A DNA stretch of 64,000 nt, taken from an uncultured Candidatus Binatia bacterium. GTDB lineage: Bacteria > Desulfobacterota > Binatia > UBA9968 > JAJDTQ01. Where the stretch lies: assembly GCA_965242525.1 (NCBI GenBank), contig OZ251459.1, forward strand, positions 2,137,515 to 2,201,514, in the 5' to 3' direction. The notes under the pieces were generated by a model. That model did no database searches. It had not been told where the DNA came from and saw only the letters and a list, made by a program, of their open reading frames with translations. Below, piece by piece: positions 44,023-53,840 of this stretch; the stretch's first letter is position 1; every line of letters starts with the position of its first letter. A program made the translations under genes and the position numbers.

Positions 44023-44363
44023 TAGACGAATGCGTTGGCCCCACGGTAGCGCAGTGGTTGCGACAAGAAGGGCACGACGTATTCTCCGTCTTCGAGGAGG
44101 CGCGCGGCGCAACCGACGAAGAACTCGTTCGCAAAGCGCACCGGGAGAACCGAATTCTCCTGACGACCGACAAGGATTTTGGCGAGAAAGCATTCCGAGA
44201 ACGCAGGTCGCACAGGGGGATTGTCTTGCTGAGGCTGCAAGACGAACGCCCAATGAACCAAGTGAGGGTCATTCGGCGCCTCCTACAGCTTTACGAAAAT
44301 CAACTGCCGGATCGATTCTCGGTAGTCACGGAGGCTGGCGTTCGGTTCGCCATGAACATGTAG
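44010..44363 (+). CDS. DUF5615 (PIN-like) toxin-like protein, partner of DUF433
   Basis: 'MRFLIDECVGPTVAQWLRQEGHDV...LLTTDKDF'. It overlaps the upstream gene. Confidence 0.6.
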   Translation: MRFLIDECVGPTVAQWLRQEGHDVFSVFEEARGATDEELVRKAHRENRILLTTDKDFGEKAFRERRSHRGIVLLRLQDERPMNQVRVIRRLLQLYENQLPDRFSVVTEAGVRFAMNM

Positions 44364-44403
44364 CGAGGCGCGTCCGATCGGATTTGCCTGAGCCGTTGAC
44401 GGC

Positions 44404-45186
44404 GTGCCGGGGCCGAGCCGTCCCGCGCAACGCGGCGCCATCTCTTCGTACCCGCCCGGCGAGGCAGGGGTAGCCGCCGCTCACCGGCCGGCGGTCTCGC
44501 CGCCGGCCGGTGAAAACCTCATGATCGACGTCCGGTCACTTTCCGTCACGGGGATGCAGTGGCGGGCGGGCCGACTGTGGCTTGCGTCCGCGGACGAGTC
44601 CCTGGTGGCAGCCTACGACCCCGCAAGCGGGTCGTGCGACGAGGTCCTTTCGTTTCCGGGGGTCCGGCACGCCTGCCCGTCCAACGAAGGCCTCTGGCTC
44701 ATCACCGCCGGCGGACGGCTGGGGCAACAGTTGCTCCTGTGGTCCCTCGAAACCAACCGGGTGACCCGGCGTTTCGACTGCCCTGACGGCGCCGCGTCCG
44801 GCGTCACCGTGCTGAACGACAAGCTGTGGCTGAGCCACCGGCGCAACCGCAAGCTGTTCTGCATGGACCCGCAGAGCGGCCGCCCACTGTGGACCATCCG
44901 CACCGAGAACCAGATCCTCAACCCCACTTCGCACCAGGGCGAGCTCTGGTTCGTCGAATGCGACCCCGGACCCTTGGGAGACTGGAGCGACGAGAGCCAG
45001 GCGGGGTACTCGTTCCTCCGTTACGACCCCGTGCGCGAACTGGCGGCGGAGCGTCTCCCCGTGCCCTTTCGCCCGACGTGCCTGGCTCTGGACGGGGAGC
45101 GTTTCTGGTACGCCGTGCAGGACGAGCCCGGCCTCCGTGTTCGGAGCCGGAGGGCGCTGCTTCCCCGCAGACGGATGCTCGACTGA
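44404..45186 (+). CDS. hypothetical protein with PQQ-like beta-propeller 'LW' repeats
   Basis: Recurrent 'LWL/LWT/LWF/FWY' blade-like repeats. The start is uncertain; it may be 'MIDVRS' at 44521. Confidence 0.3.
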   Translation: MPGPSRPAQRGAISSYPPGEAGVAAAHRPAVSPPAGENLMIDVRSLSVTGMQWRAGRLWLASADESLVAAYDPASGSCDEVLSFPGVRHACPSNEGLWLITAGGRLGQQLLLWSLETNRVTRRFDCPDGAASGVTVLNDKLWLSHRRNRKLFCMDPQSGRPLWTIRTENQILNPTSHQGELWFVECDPGPLGDWSDESQAGYSFLRYDPVRELAAERLPVPFRPTCLALDGERFWYAVQDEPGLRVRSRRALLPRRRMLD

Positions 45187-45395
45187 CCGTCCGGGGCTCC
45201 CGCCCAGTCAGGCACGACTGCGTGGGATGCTGTTGCTCAGCCGGCCTCCCTTGATGAGCCTCTTCCCCGCCAAGCACGGCTACATCCTTACCCTGGCCGC
45301 CACGTGGGCGGGAAGCATCGGAGGGCAGGGGATAGCTGCCAACGGACCGTCTCCTTGACACGACTCGAAATGTAAAGCAGGATTTCACAACCGAA

Positions 45396-45465
45396 AGGAA
45401 CCACTGAACAACGATCCTCGTTCATCCTGAGCGAAGGCGAAGGTCGCGCCTTTCCATAGGGAGAA
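45396..45465 (-). repeat. truncated family A MITE fragment
   Basis: 'ggaaccactgaacaacgatcctcgttcatcctgagcgaaggcgaaggtcgcgcc' matches the TIR plus the reverse-complement core. Confidence 0.5.
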
Positions 45466-45677
45466 GGAACTCAAGCCGAGTTGGATCAGACGGTCCAAAA
45501 GGCAACCAGAGATCTTGCCATGGTCACATCCACGATTACCCTAAGGGCAGACCACGCTGCCCGGCTTCGATCCGTTGCGACAGCTATCCATGGCCGACGG
45601 ACCTTACAGCTACCAGACCGACGCGGATTCCTGTGCACGGACCACCAGCAGACTGAACGCGCGAAGGAGGTCTTGTC

Positions 45678-47024
45678 GTGGACGCGAGAGAACTGATCTT
45701 GCAGGACGTACGCTGCTTCCAGGACGAACAGCGTGGCCGCTTGCGGCCCGTCACGCTGCTCGTGGGCGAGAACAGTACCGGCAAGACGACCTTCCTGGGC
45801 TGTTACAGGGTGTTGCATGGGATGTTTTCCAATCCAGGGATCGGCGAATTCCTGGATTTCAACGGAGAGCCTTTCGTCATGGGTTCGTTCCGCGACATCG
45901 TCCGGTCACGACGCGGCCCGAGCGGCCGTATCGACGAGTTCAAGATCGGGGTCCGAGTCGATCGATCGCCAGACGACGTCATGTCACCGTGTGAGCTGTC
46001 GGTTGCTTTTCGCGAGAAAGGCTCGGAACCGGTGGTCTCGTCCTTGCGTTTCCAGTTCGATTCCGATGCGTTCCTAGAGATGAGTTCAGATGAGGAAGGA
46101 ACCATCGTGCAGATTCCAGGCCTTACCGAGCACGCCAAGGGTGTTCCGCTTGTTCGCACGATGGCCATGTTGGACTTCGTGATCCGCGATCCCGATTTTT
46201 GGGGAATGCCCCCCGGATGGTCAAACTTGGAAACCAGCTTCGAGTATCTCCATGGCCTGTTCTTCCGCCGAGGAGCCGCAAAGAGAAAACACACCGAACT
46301 TCAATGGCCTTTCGACGACGAGCTCCCGCGTTTGCCCGACCTGATTCCGGTCGCACCGCTTCGTTCCAAGCCCAAACGTACCTACGATCCGATACGCGAG
46401 ACCGCTTCCCCGGAAGGGGAACATGTCCCGATGCTGATGATGAGGCTGGATCGCACGGACACGCCGCACTGGAAATCGCTGCACAACGACCTCGTGAAGT
46501 TCGGCCAGGGTTCCGGGCTATTCGCCGACATCAAGGTGAAACGCCACGGCAAGCAGATGAGCGACCCTTTTCAGTTGCAGGTCAAGGTACGATCCGGACC
46601 TCATTCGAACCTCATGGACGTCGGTTACGGCGTCAGCCAGAGCCTGCCGATTCTCGTGGATGTGCTGAAAGGGTCCAGCAGCGGACGCAAGTGCGAGTTC
46701 CTGCTCCAGCAGCCGGAGGTTCACCTGCACCCTCGAGGCCAGGCGGAACTCGCCAGTCTGTTCGTCCAAGCGTTCAAGCAGAGTGGAAACCGGTTCCTGA
46801 TCGAGACCCACAGCGACTACATCATCGACCGCGTGCGCATTTCGGTCCGAAAAGGGCTGCTGAAGCCCGACGACGTGTCCCTTCTCTACTTCGAACCCAA
46901 GAGCAACGCCGTCGAGATCCACAACATGACCCTGGACGAGCATGGAAACCTCCTTGGCGCGCCGAGGGGATACCGTGACTTCTTCCTGAAGGAAACCGAC
47001 AGACTGCTGGGGTTCACGGACTGA
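45678..47024 (+). CDS. ABC/SMC-type AAA ATPase (AAA_15/AAA_21-like; OLD/PtuA/AriA-like ATPase)
   Basis: Walker A 'LLVGENSTGKTT', Walker B/D-loop 'FLLQQPEVHLHP', H-loop 'IETHSDYI'. Confidence 0.7.
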   Translation: MDARELILQDVRCFQDEQRGRLRPVTLLVGENSTGKTTFLGCYRVLHGMFSNPGIGEFLDFNGEPFVMGSFRDIVRSRRGPSGRIDEFKIGVRVDRSPDDVMSPCELSVAFREKGSEPVVSSLRFQFDSDAFLEMSSDEEGTIVQIPGLTEHAKGVPLVRTMAMLDFVIRDPDFWGMPPGWSNLETSFEYLHGLFFRRGAAKRKHTELQWPFDDELPRLPDLIPVAPLRSKPKRTYDPIRETASPEGEHVPMLMMRLDRTDTPHWKSLHNDLVKFGQGSGLFADIKVKRHGKQMSDPFQLQVKVRSGPHSNLMDVGYGVSQSLPILVDVLKGSSSGRKCEFLLQQPEVHLHPRGQAELASLFVQAFKQSGNRFLIETHSDYIIDRVRISVRKGLLKPDDVSLLYFEPKSNAVEIHNMTLDEHGNLLGAPRGYRDFFLKETDRLLGFTD

Positions 47025-47036
47025 GGGCCACCGAAG

Positions 47037-47516
47037 ATGTGCATCATCGTGGACGCCAACAAGCTCGATGTCTTTCTCGCCGACCCGGCCGACGAGAATT
47101 CCAGGCCGATACGCAGGTGGCTAAGTCAGGGCGCGGGGAGCATCGTGTATTCGACGGAAGGCAAGTTTGCGCAGGAGATCCGAGGTCGAGCCAAGGCCAA
47201 GCTGGCCGATTACGTTCGAGCCGGCAGAGCGAAGCACGTCCCCGCGAGCCTGTTCGCCGACGAAGAACGCAAGCTGGAAACTCACGCAGACCTCCGCTCC
47301 GATGATCCGCACGTGCTCGCGTTGGCGAGAGCGACCGGTGTACGTCTCCTGTACACCGCAGACGGGAAACTCACGTCGGACTTCAAGAACAAGAACATCA
47401 TCGACCGGCCGAGGGGCAAGGTTTATTCCGGCGCAGGCAATGCCAATCTGCTGACCCCCTCGGCATGTGCGTCGTCATGGCCAAGGTCTGCTTCGAAATC
47501 ATGGCCGACTTCATAG
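47037..47516 (+). CDS. PIN-like nuclease-domain protein (partner of the upstream ATPase)
   Basis: 'MCIIVDANKL' and 'DDPHVLALARATGVRLLYTADGKL' resemble PIN acidic motifs. It starts 13 nt after the ATPase stop. Confidence 0.4.
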   Translation: MCIIVDANKLDVFLADPADENSRPIRRWLSQGAGSIVYSTEGKFAQEIRGRAKAKLADYVRAGRAKHVPASLFADEERKLETHADLRSDDPHVLALARATGVRLLYTADGKLTSDFKNKNIIDRPRGKVYSGAGNANLLTPSACASSWPRSASKSWPTS

Positions 47517-47586
47517 ACACCGGCATCGCCGGGAACCTGAAGCGTCCGGGATCCAGCAATTGAGGACAGGATCGAGAAATCCGGCA

Positions 47587-49347
47587 ATGCGGTTCAGCGA
47601 CGCGGACATCGAGCACCGGTTGCGCTTGGGCGAGGACAGCGCCTGGGAGTTCAAGCAGGTCGAGTTCGCCGGGAACCGTCCGAGCCGCCCGAGCCGGGAC
47701 GACTGGGCGGACGAGATCGCGGCGTTCGCCAATGCGCGCGGCGGCGTGTTGCTCTGCGGCGTCAGCGACGATGGACAGGCGCAGGACATGTCGCGGGAGC
47801 AGATGGCCGCACTGGATGCCTTGCTCGTGGAAGTCAGCACCGATTCCATCAAACCGCCGGTACGCGTCCAGACATGGCACAGGATGCTGCCGGAGGGCAG
47901 GCGGGTGCTGCTGCTCGAAGTCCCGGAGAGCGACTCGCAGCACGACAGCCCTGGCGGAAGCTACCTTCGAGTAGGCGCCTCGAAGCGCAGGATGACGAAC
48001 GACGAGCGATTGCGTCTGGCGCAGCGGCGGGGACAGGCGCGGTTCCGCTGGTTCGACGAACAGACCGTCCCGAATACGGGCTTCCGAACGCTGGACGAGT
48101 CCCTGTGGCGGCATCTGCTCAGCGCCGAGGGCGCGGCGAATCCCGAGGCGGCGCTTGAAAAACTGGCGCTCCTGGCGCCCGACGAGGCCGGGGTCATGCG
48201 GGCAACCGTGACCGGCGTGTTGCTGTGCACCCGGAACCCGGAGGAGCGGCTGCCCAACGTCGGCATTACGGCGACGCACTATCGGGGAAGGGACCGCGCC
48301 TCCGGCCAGATCGACGCACGCGAGATCGGCGGCCCGCTGGACCAGCAGGTTGCGGACGCGATGGTCTTCGTGGCGCGGAACATGCGGGTGGCGGCGCGCA
48401 AGGAGCCGGCCCGCGTGGACGTGCCGGAATACAGCGACCGTGCGCTGTTCGAAGCCCTGGTCAACGCAGTGGCGCATCGCGACTATTCCATGCGCGGCAG
48501 CCGCATCCGGCTTTCCATGTTCGAAGACCGCCTGGAGATCCAGTCGCCCGGCTCGCTGCCGAACAACCTGACGGTGGACAGCATGGCGACGCGGCAAGCC
48601 GCCCGCAACCAGACGTTGACCTCCGTGCTCGGGCGCATGCCGGTGGGAGGAATCCGGGGTTCCGAGGAAAGACGGTATTTCATGGAACGGCGCGGGGACG
48701 GCGTTCCGATCATCCTGCGCGAAACCCGGGGGCTTTGCGGGAGACCGCCCGAATACCGGGTGATCGACGACGCGGAAGTCTGCCTCGTCATTCCCGCGGC
48801 GCCGCAGGAGCCGAGCCCCGTCCGCGCCGTCGTCAGCGTGCAGTGCGCCGGGAAGCCGCTGGCGGATGTGGACGTGCTGGCGCTGTTTCCCAACGACACA
48901 TGGAAACGCGCCGCCACCGACGAACACGGAGAGGCGCGCCTGGAACTGCACTCCGGCCGTCTGCCGATGACGGTGTTCGCCGCGGCAACGGGTTTCTCCG
49001 CCCATGTCCGTCTCGACTGGCTGCCCGCGGAGGAGGGCCGTCTCCGTCTCGAACTGGATGCCTTGCCCGGCGGCGGCGCAGTCATCCTCACCGAGGACAC
49101 CGGCGCGCTCCCGGGGCTCAAGGGAACGTTGAATCCCGTCCGCGACGCCCTCGACCGCACCTGGCTGTACGCCTCCAACATCGCCGTCAACCAGGGCCAG
49201 CCCCAGCCCGTGCACTTCATTCCCGGCGAAGACCTGCGCCTCACGGACGCCGACGGAAACGAGGCGTGGGCGCGTATCGTCGCCGTCACCGGCAGGTCGT
49301 CGCTGGTGGAGTACCGCCCGGCGGCGAAGCAGGGTCAAGTGAAGTAG
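47587..49347 (+). CDS. AlbA_2 (Schlafen-like) DNA-binding domain + HATPase_c_4 protein ('putative transcriptional regulator / RecG C-terminal-like ATPase')
   Basis: 'EDSAWEFKQVEF...EIAAFANARGGVLLCGVSDDGQ' AlbA_2 signature. Central 'LFEALVNAVAHRDYS' matches the HATPase_c_4 region. Confidence 0.7.
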   Translation: MRFSDADIEHRLRLGEDSAWEFKQVEFAGNRPSRPSRDDWADEIAAFANARGGVLLCGVSDDGQAQDMSREQMAALDALLVEVSTDSIKPPVRVQTWHRMLPEGRRVLLLEVPESDSQHDSPGGSYLRVGASKRRMTNDERLRLAQRRGQARFRWFDEQTVPNTGFRTLDESLWRHLLSAEGAANPEAALEKLALLAPDEAGVMRATVTGVLLCTRNPEERLPNVGITATHYRGRDRASGQIDAREIGGPLDQQVADAMVFVARNMRVAARKEPARVDVPEYSDRALFEALVNAVAHRDYSMRGSRIRLSMFEDRLEIQSPGSLPNNLTVDSMATRQAARNQTLTSVLGRMPVGGIRGSEERRYFMERRGDGVPIILRETRGLCGRPPEYRVIDDAEVCLVIPAAPQEPSPVRAVVSVQCAGKPLADVDVLALFPNDTWKRAATDEHGEARLELHSGRLPMTVFAAATGFSAHVRLDWLPAEEGRLRLELDALPGGGAVILTEDTGALPGLKGTLNPVRDALDRTWLYASNIAVNQGQPQPVHFIPGEDLRLTDADGNEAWARIVAVTGRSSLVEYRPAAKQGQVK

Positions 49348-49364
49348 AGGGGAGAGATTTCGCC

Positions 49365-49598
49365 ATGCTCACGTCCGCGATTACCTCGAAGGGCCGGACG
49401 ACGCTGCCCAAACCGGTTCGGGAGGCCCTTGGAGTGGGGGCCGGAAACCGTGTGCGCTACGTCATCCTCGACAACGAGGTTCGGGTTCTGCCCATGCGGC
49501 CCATCGGGCGGTTGTTCGGCGCACTGAAGCACGACGGCCCGCGGGTTACGGTGGAGGACATGGAACGCGCCATCACGGAAGGGGCGTGCGAGGAATGA
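49365..49598 (+). CDS. AbrB/MazE-family (SpoVT-AbrB fold) antitoxin-like protein
   Basis: 'SKGRTTLPKPVREALGVGAGNRVRYVI' is a swapped-hairpin barrel motif. Its stop overlaps the hsdS ATG. Confidence 0.65.
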   Translation: MLTSAITSKGRTTLPKPVREALGVGAGNRVRYVILDNEVRVLPMRPIGRLFGALKHDGPRVTVEDMERAITEGACEE

Positions 49599-50926
49599 GC
49601 GCGTTGGACACCAACTCCGCAGCCAGTAGAAAACCGCCGGCTAGCTGGCTCTATCGTCCACTGTTTCCGGCTCATTGGGAGCGCAGGCCACTTTACTCCA
49701 TGGCGCAATGGGTCAACGGACTGGCCTATCGGAATATCGAGTTCAGTGCGGCGGGACGCCCGATTATCAAGATCGCAGAGATCAAGGGCGGCATCTCGGA
49801 TCAAACCAGGTTTACATATCAAAACTTCGACGAATCGGTACGCGTGCGTGCAGGCGACCTATTGTTTTCCTGGTCTGGACAGCCGGAAACTTCCATTGAT
49901 GCGTTCCGGTGGCGTGGTCCGGAAGGCTGGTTGAACCAACATATCTTTCGTGTCACTCCCGCCGCCGGAATCGATGCCACCTTCTTTTTCTATCTCTTGC
50001 GATACCTGAATGCTCATTTCGTTGCCATTGCACGGAACAAGCAGACGATAGGTCTCGGACACGTCACAAAGCACGACCTGGAAAATATCGAGGCGGCTCT
50101 ACCCGACCGCCAGGAGCAACGCGCCATCGCTCACATCCTGGGCACGCTGGACGACAAGATCGAGTTGAACCGGCGCATGAACGAGACGCTGGAGGCCATG
50201 GCGCGGGCGCTGTTCCAGTCATGGTTCGTCGATTTCGATCCCGTGCACGCCAAGATGGAAGGCCGTGATACCGGCCTCCCCAAGCCAATCTCCGACCTCT
50301 TCCCCGATCACCTCGTGGATTCCGAGCGTGGCGAGATCCCCGAGGGATGGAAAATCAAGTCCCTGAGAGAATGTTTCCGTCTTACGATGGGGCAATCACC
50401 CCCGGGCAACACCTACAATGACCGTAGCGACGGGTTGCCTTTCTTTCAGGGACGAACTGACTTCGGGTTTCGATTTCCCGAGAATCGGAAATTCTGCACT
50501 GCTCCAACGCGGGTCGCTCAACCTGGGGATACGCTTGTCAGTGTCAGAGCGCCCGTGGGAGACATCAACATGGCATGGGAAGAATGCTGCATTGGACGCG
50601 GCGTTGCCGCACTCCGGCACCAGTCGGGTTCAAGCTCGTTCACCTATTACTCGGCTTGGGCAGTACAGAACAAAATCAGAGAGTATGAGGACACGGGTAC
50701 GGTGTTCGGAGCCATCAATCGAAAACAATTTGAAGCACTCCAGACGCTGGAACCCTCACCGGATATTGTCAATGCGTTCGACGCCCAAGCTGGACCGGTA
50801 GATGTCCGCATCAGGAACAACGTAACCGAGTCCCGAATCCTTACGACCCTGAGAGAAATCTTGCTGCCCAAGTTGATCTCCGGCGAAACCCGCCTCCGAG
50901 ACGCCGCGGAGCAGGCGGATTTGTAG
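49595..50926 (+). CDS. hsdS: type I restriction-modification specificity subunit HsdS (orphan; no hsdM/hsdR in window)
   Basis: Two target-recognition domains and conserved central/C-terminal repeats ('QRAIAHILGTLDDKIELNRRMNETLEAMARALFQSWFVDFDPV', 'LREILLPKLISGE'). Confidence 0.85.
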   Translation: MSALDTNSAASRKPPASWLYRPLFPAHWERRPLYSMAQWVNGLAYRNIEFSAAGRPIIKIAEIKGGISDQTRFTYQNFDESVRVRAGDLLFSWSGQPETSIDAFRWRGPEGWLNQHIFRVTPAAGIDATFFFYLLRYLNAHFVAIARNKQTIGLGHVTKHDLENIEAALPDRQEQRAIAHILGTLDDKIELNRRMNETLEAMARALFQSWFVDFDPVHAKMEGRDTGLPKPISDLFPDHLVDSERGEIPEGWKIKSLRECFRLTMGQSPPGNTYNDRSDGLPFFQGRTDFGFRFPENRKFCTAPTRVAQPGDTLVSVRAPVGDINMAWEECCIGRGVAALRHQSGSSSFTYYSAWAVQNKIREYEDTGTVFGAINRKQFEALQTLEPSPDIVNAFDAQAGPVDVRIRNNVTESRILTTLREILLPKLISGETRLRDAAEQADL

Positions 50927-51127
50927 GCCATCCCATGAAAAACCAATCGAAGTATTCCAGTTCCGAGACCATCGCCGAGACTTTTCGATATCTGGGACTT
51001 GACGATCCAAAACTGCGCAGTCGATTACGAGGGTTCTCCAAACCGGGGATATCGCCTCCTCGAGTCGAGAGACGCAGCAGCAAACTTGTCACTCGGAACA
51101 ACACCGCGCCAGATCAAGGAGACGATC

Positions 51128-51854
51128 ATGCCCAACTGGAATCAACTACTTGACGAGATTCGCGCCGCTGGCAGCATGTATGATGTGGTTCGCCGTCGGT
51201 ATCTGTCCAGGATCCATGAACTGACCGGTCGAAATGTGATAGTCTATTCCTCAGGTTGGCTTCAAAGAGGCAACTTGCCGGGCGTAGAGATCAACGATGA
51301 TGACAAGAACGGATTCATGACCGTCATTCATCAGATGAAGCGCGATATCGGCCTCGATCTTGTCTTGCACACCCCTGGCGGCGATGCGGCTGCCATCGAA
51401 TCCATCGTCGATTACCTGCGCTCCATGTTTCAAACAGACATACGGGCGCTCGTGCCACAGCTCGCCATGTCCGGCGGTACGATGATTGCATGCGCATGCA
51501 AGGAAATATTCATGGGAAAGCAGTCGAGTCTCGGTCCGATTGATCCTCAATTGGGAGGTATTCCAGCCCATGGCTTGGTGGAAGAGTTCAACCGCGCCAA
51601 ACTTGTCCATCGAACGATGCCGGGAGATGGGCCTGAAGGTCACCGAACTCGAAAAGAGTCAAGAGCTACAGGACGCGGTACTTTCATTGCACCATGCTTG
51701 CATGCTCACATTTACAGCTACTTCGGCCTTCAAGATCATCGAAAATCATAGGGGAATTGCATTCATCAAGATGGCACAGCCGGTCCTGGTCTCCGGGGCG
51801 CCGACCGGCAACCCGGAGCCAAGCAGGGCGCCACTGGAGCAACCGGAGAAGTGA
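51128..51854 (+). CDS. S49/SDH-family (ClpP-fold) serine peptidase, apparently frameshifted near 51.6 kb
   Basis: 'VLHTPGGDAAAIESIVDYLR...LAMSGGTMIACACKEIFMGKQSSLGPIDPQ' in one frame. A plausible C-terminal continuation ('SIERCREMGLKVTELEKSQELQDAVLSLHHACMLTF...') is in the +1 frame (ORF 51486..51854). Confidence 0.45.
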
Positions 51855-51905
51855 TCGCCTTGGGGAATCGCAAAGCGGCGCTTCGGCAATCCCGGAGATG
51901 GTACA

Positions 51906-53147
51906 ATGATCCCGATGATCCCACAGCCCCATGAACCACCGCGCGTCCAGCGCTTGAAAGTCCGTAACTTCCGCGCCTTGCGGGAGGTCGAGATCAGGAA
52001 CCTGACGCCGATGACGGTGCTGCTCGGTCCCAATGGCAGCGGCAAGTCCACCGTGTTCGACGTGTTTGCGTTCCTCTCGGAGTGCTTCGCATCCGGACTT
52101 CGGCGCGCATGGGACCGTCGCGGCCGGGCCAGGGAGATCAGGACCCGCGACGCCGAAGGGCCGATGACGATCGAGCTTCAATACCGCGAGCAGCCGAAAC
52201 CGCCGCTCATCACCTACCACTTGGAAGTGGACGAGCACCGGGGCGCGCCGGTGGTCGTCCACGAATGGCTGCAATGGACGCGGGGCAGAGCAGGGAAGCC
52301 GTTCCGTTTCCTCGAATACCGGAACGGCTTGGGCAAAGCGACCAGCGGCGAGGCGCCCGATGCGGAAGACGAGAGGCGGGAGATCCCGCTCAAATCGCCT
52401 GATCTGCTGGCGGTCAACGCGCTTGGGCAGTTCCAGGAACACCCGCGCGTGGCGGCGCTTCGCGACTTCATCATGGGCTGGCACGTTTCGTACCTCTCCG
52501 CAGACAGTGCGCGCGGCCAACCCGAAGCGGGGCCGCAGGAACGGTTGACCACCACCGGCGACAACCTCGCCAACGTGGTCCAGTACCTGAGCGAGCAGCA
52601 TCCGGCGCGGCTCGACGCCGTCTTCGAGACGCTGCGCAGGCGCGTGCCTCGTATCGATCGCATGTGGACCGAGCTCATGCCGGACGGCCGGCTGTTGCTG
52701 CAAATCAAGGACGCCCCGTTCAGCCACCCGGTTCTGTCGCGCTTCGCCTCCGACGGCACACTGAAGATGCTGGCCTACCTGGTGCTGCTGCACGACCCGG
52801 AACCGCCGCCGTTCATCGGTATCGAGGAGCCGGAAAACTTCCTGCACCCGCGGTTGCTTCCCGAGTTGGCGGAGGAGTGCCGCGCGGCCTGCGAGCGCAC
52901 GCAGTTGATGGTCACTACCCACTCGCCGTTCTTCCTGAACGCGCTGAGACCCGAGGAAGTCCGCGTCCTGTGGCGCGACGAAGCGGGCCATACGCGGGTG
53001 CAGCGGGTCGCCGACCTGGACCGTGTCCGTGCTTTCGTGGATGAAGGCGCACTGCTCGGCGATCTGTGGATGGAAGGCCAGTTCGGCGTGGGCGATCCGT
53101 TGACCCGGCATGGAGCTCCGGCGCGCGGCAGCGGAGATCGTCGATGA
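51906..53147 (+). CDS. ABC-type AAA ATPase (AAA_21-like), partner of DUF4276 protein
   Basis: Walker A '[11 protein letters not shown]', Walker B '[13 protein letters not shown]', H-loop 'VTTHSPFF'. Confidence 0.7.
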   Translation: MIPMIPQPHEPPRVQRLKVRNFRALREVEIRNLTPMTVLLGPNGSGKSTVFDVFAFLSECFASGLRRAWDRRGRAREIRTRDAEGPMTIELQYREQPKPPLITYHLEVDEHRGAPVVVHEWLQWTRGRAGKPFRFLEYRNGLGKATSGEAPDAEDERREIPLKSPDLLAVNALGQFQEHPRVAALRDFIMGWHVSYLSADSARGQPEAGPQERLTTTGDNLANVVQYLSEQHPARLDAVFETLRRRVPRIDRMWTELMPDGRLLLQIKDAPFSHPVLSRFASDGTLKMLAYLVLLHDPEPPPFIGIEEPENFLHPRLLPELAEECRAACERTQLMVTTHSPFFLNALRPEEVRVLWRDEAGHTRVQRVADLDRVRAFVDEGALLGDLWMEGQFGVGDPLTRHGAPARGSGDRR

Positions 53148-53761
53148 CGGCCGCGCGGCACCTGGAGTTCCTGGTCGAAGAACAGTCGATGGAGGCTTTT
53201 CTGCGAGGACTGCTACCGCGCCTGCTTCCCGAAGGCTGCACGTTCGAAATTCGTGTATTCCAAGGCAAACGCGATCTGATGCGACGACTCGATAGTCGTC
53301 TGCGCGGCTACAGACACTGGCTGTCCGATGAATACCGGCTCGTGGTGATGGTCGATTGCGACCGTGACGATTGCCGAACGCTCAAGGCGCGGCTCGAAGA
53401 TGCGGCAGCCGGTTCGGGACTGCACACTCGTTCGCGAGCCGAAGATGACCGCTGGCAGGTGCTCAACCGCATCGTGATCGAAGAACTGGAGGCGTGGTAT
53501 TTCGGCGATTGGGAAGCTGTGCGCAACGCCTTTCCCCGAGTGTCTTCCACAATCCCGAATAAACCGCGTTACGGGAAACCCGACGCGATCCCGGACACAT
53601 GGGAGGAATTCGGGCGCATACTGAAAAAGCACGGATACCACAGGGCCGGGCTGCGCAAGATCGAAGCCGCACGGCTCATCGCGCCGAAGATCAATCCGGC
53701 GCGCAACCGTTCGCCGAGCTTTGCGGCCTTTCGCGATGTCCTCGCCGAGGCGACCGCATGA
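53144..53761 (+). CDS. DUF4276-family protein (Toprim-like), coupled to upstream ATPase
   Basis: '[37 protein letters not shown]...[12 protein letters not shown]' matches DUF4276. ATGA start/stop overlap with the ATPase. Confidence 0.6.
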   Translation: MTAARHLEFLVEEQSMEAFLRGLLPRLLPEGCTFEIRVFQGKRDLMRRLDSRLRGYRHWLSDEYRLVVMVDCDRDDCRTLKARLEDAAAGSGLHTRSRAEDDRWQVLNRIVIEELEAWYFGDWEAVRNAFPRVSSTIPNKPRYGKPDAIPDTWEEFGRILKKHGYHRAGLRKIEAARLIAPKINPARNRSPSFAAFRDVLAEATA

Positions 53762-53840
53762 GGCGCCTGCCGACCGGGAGCGGCGGCGCATAACGGGACG
53801 ACGGGCGGCGCGGCACAGGGACGGCGCAAGGACAGAATCG

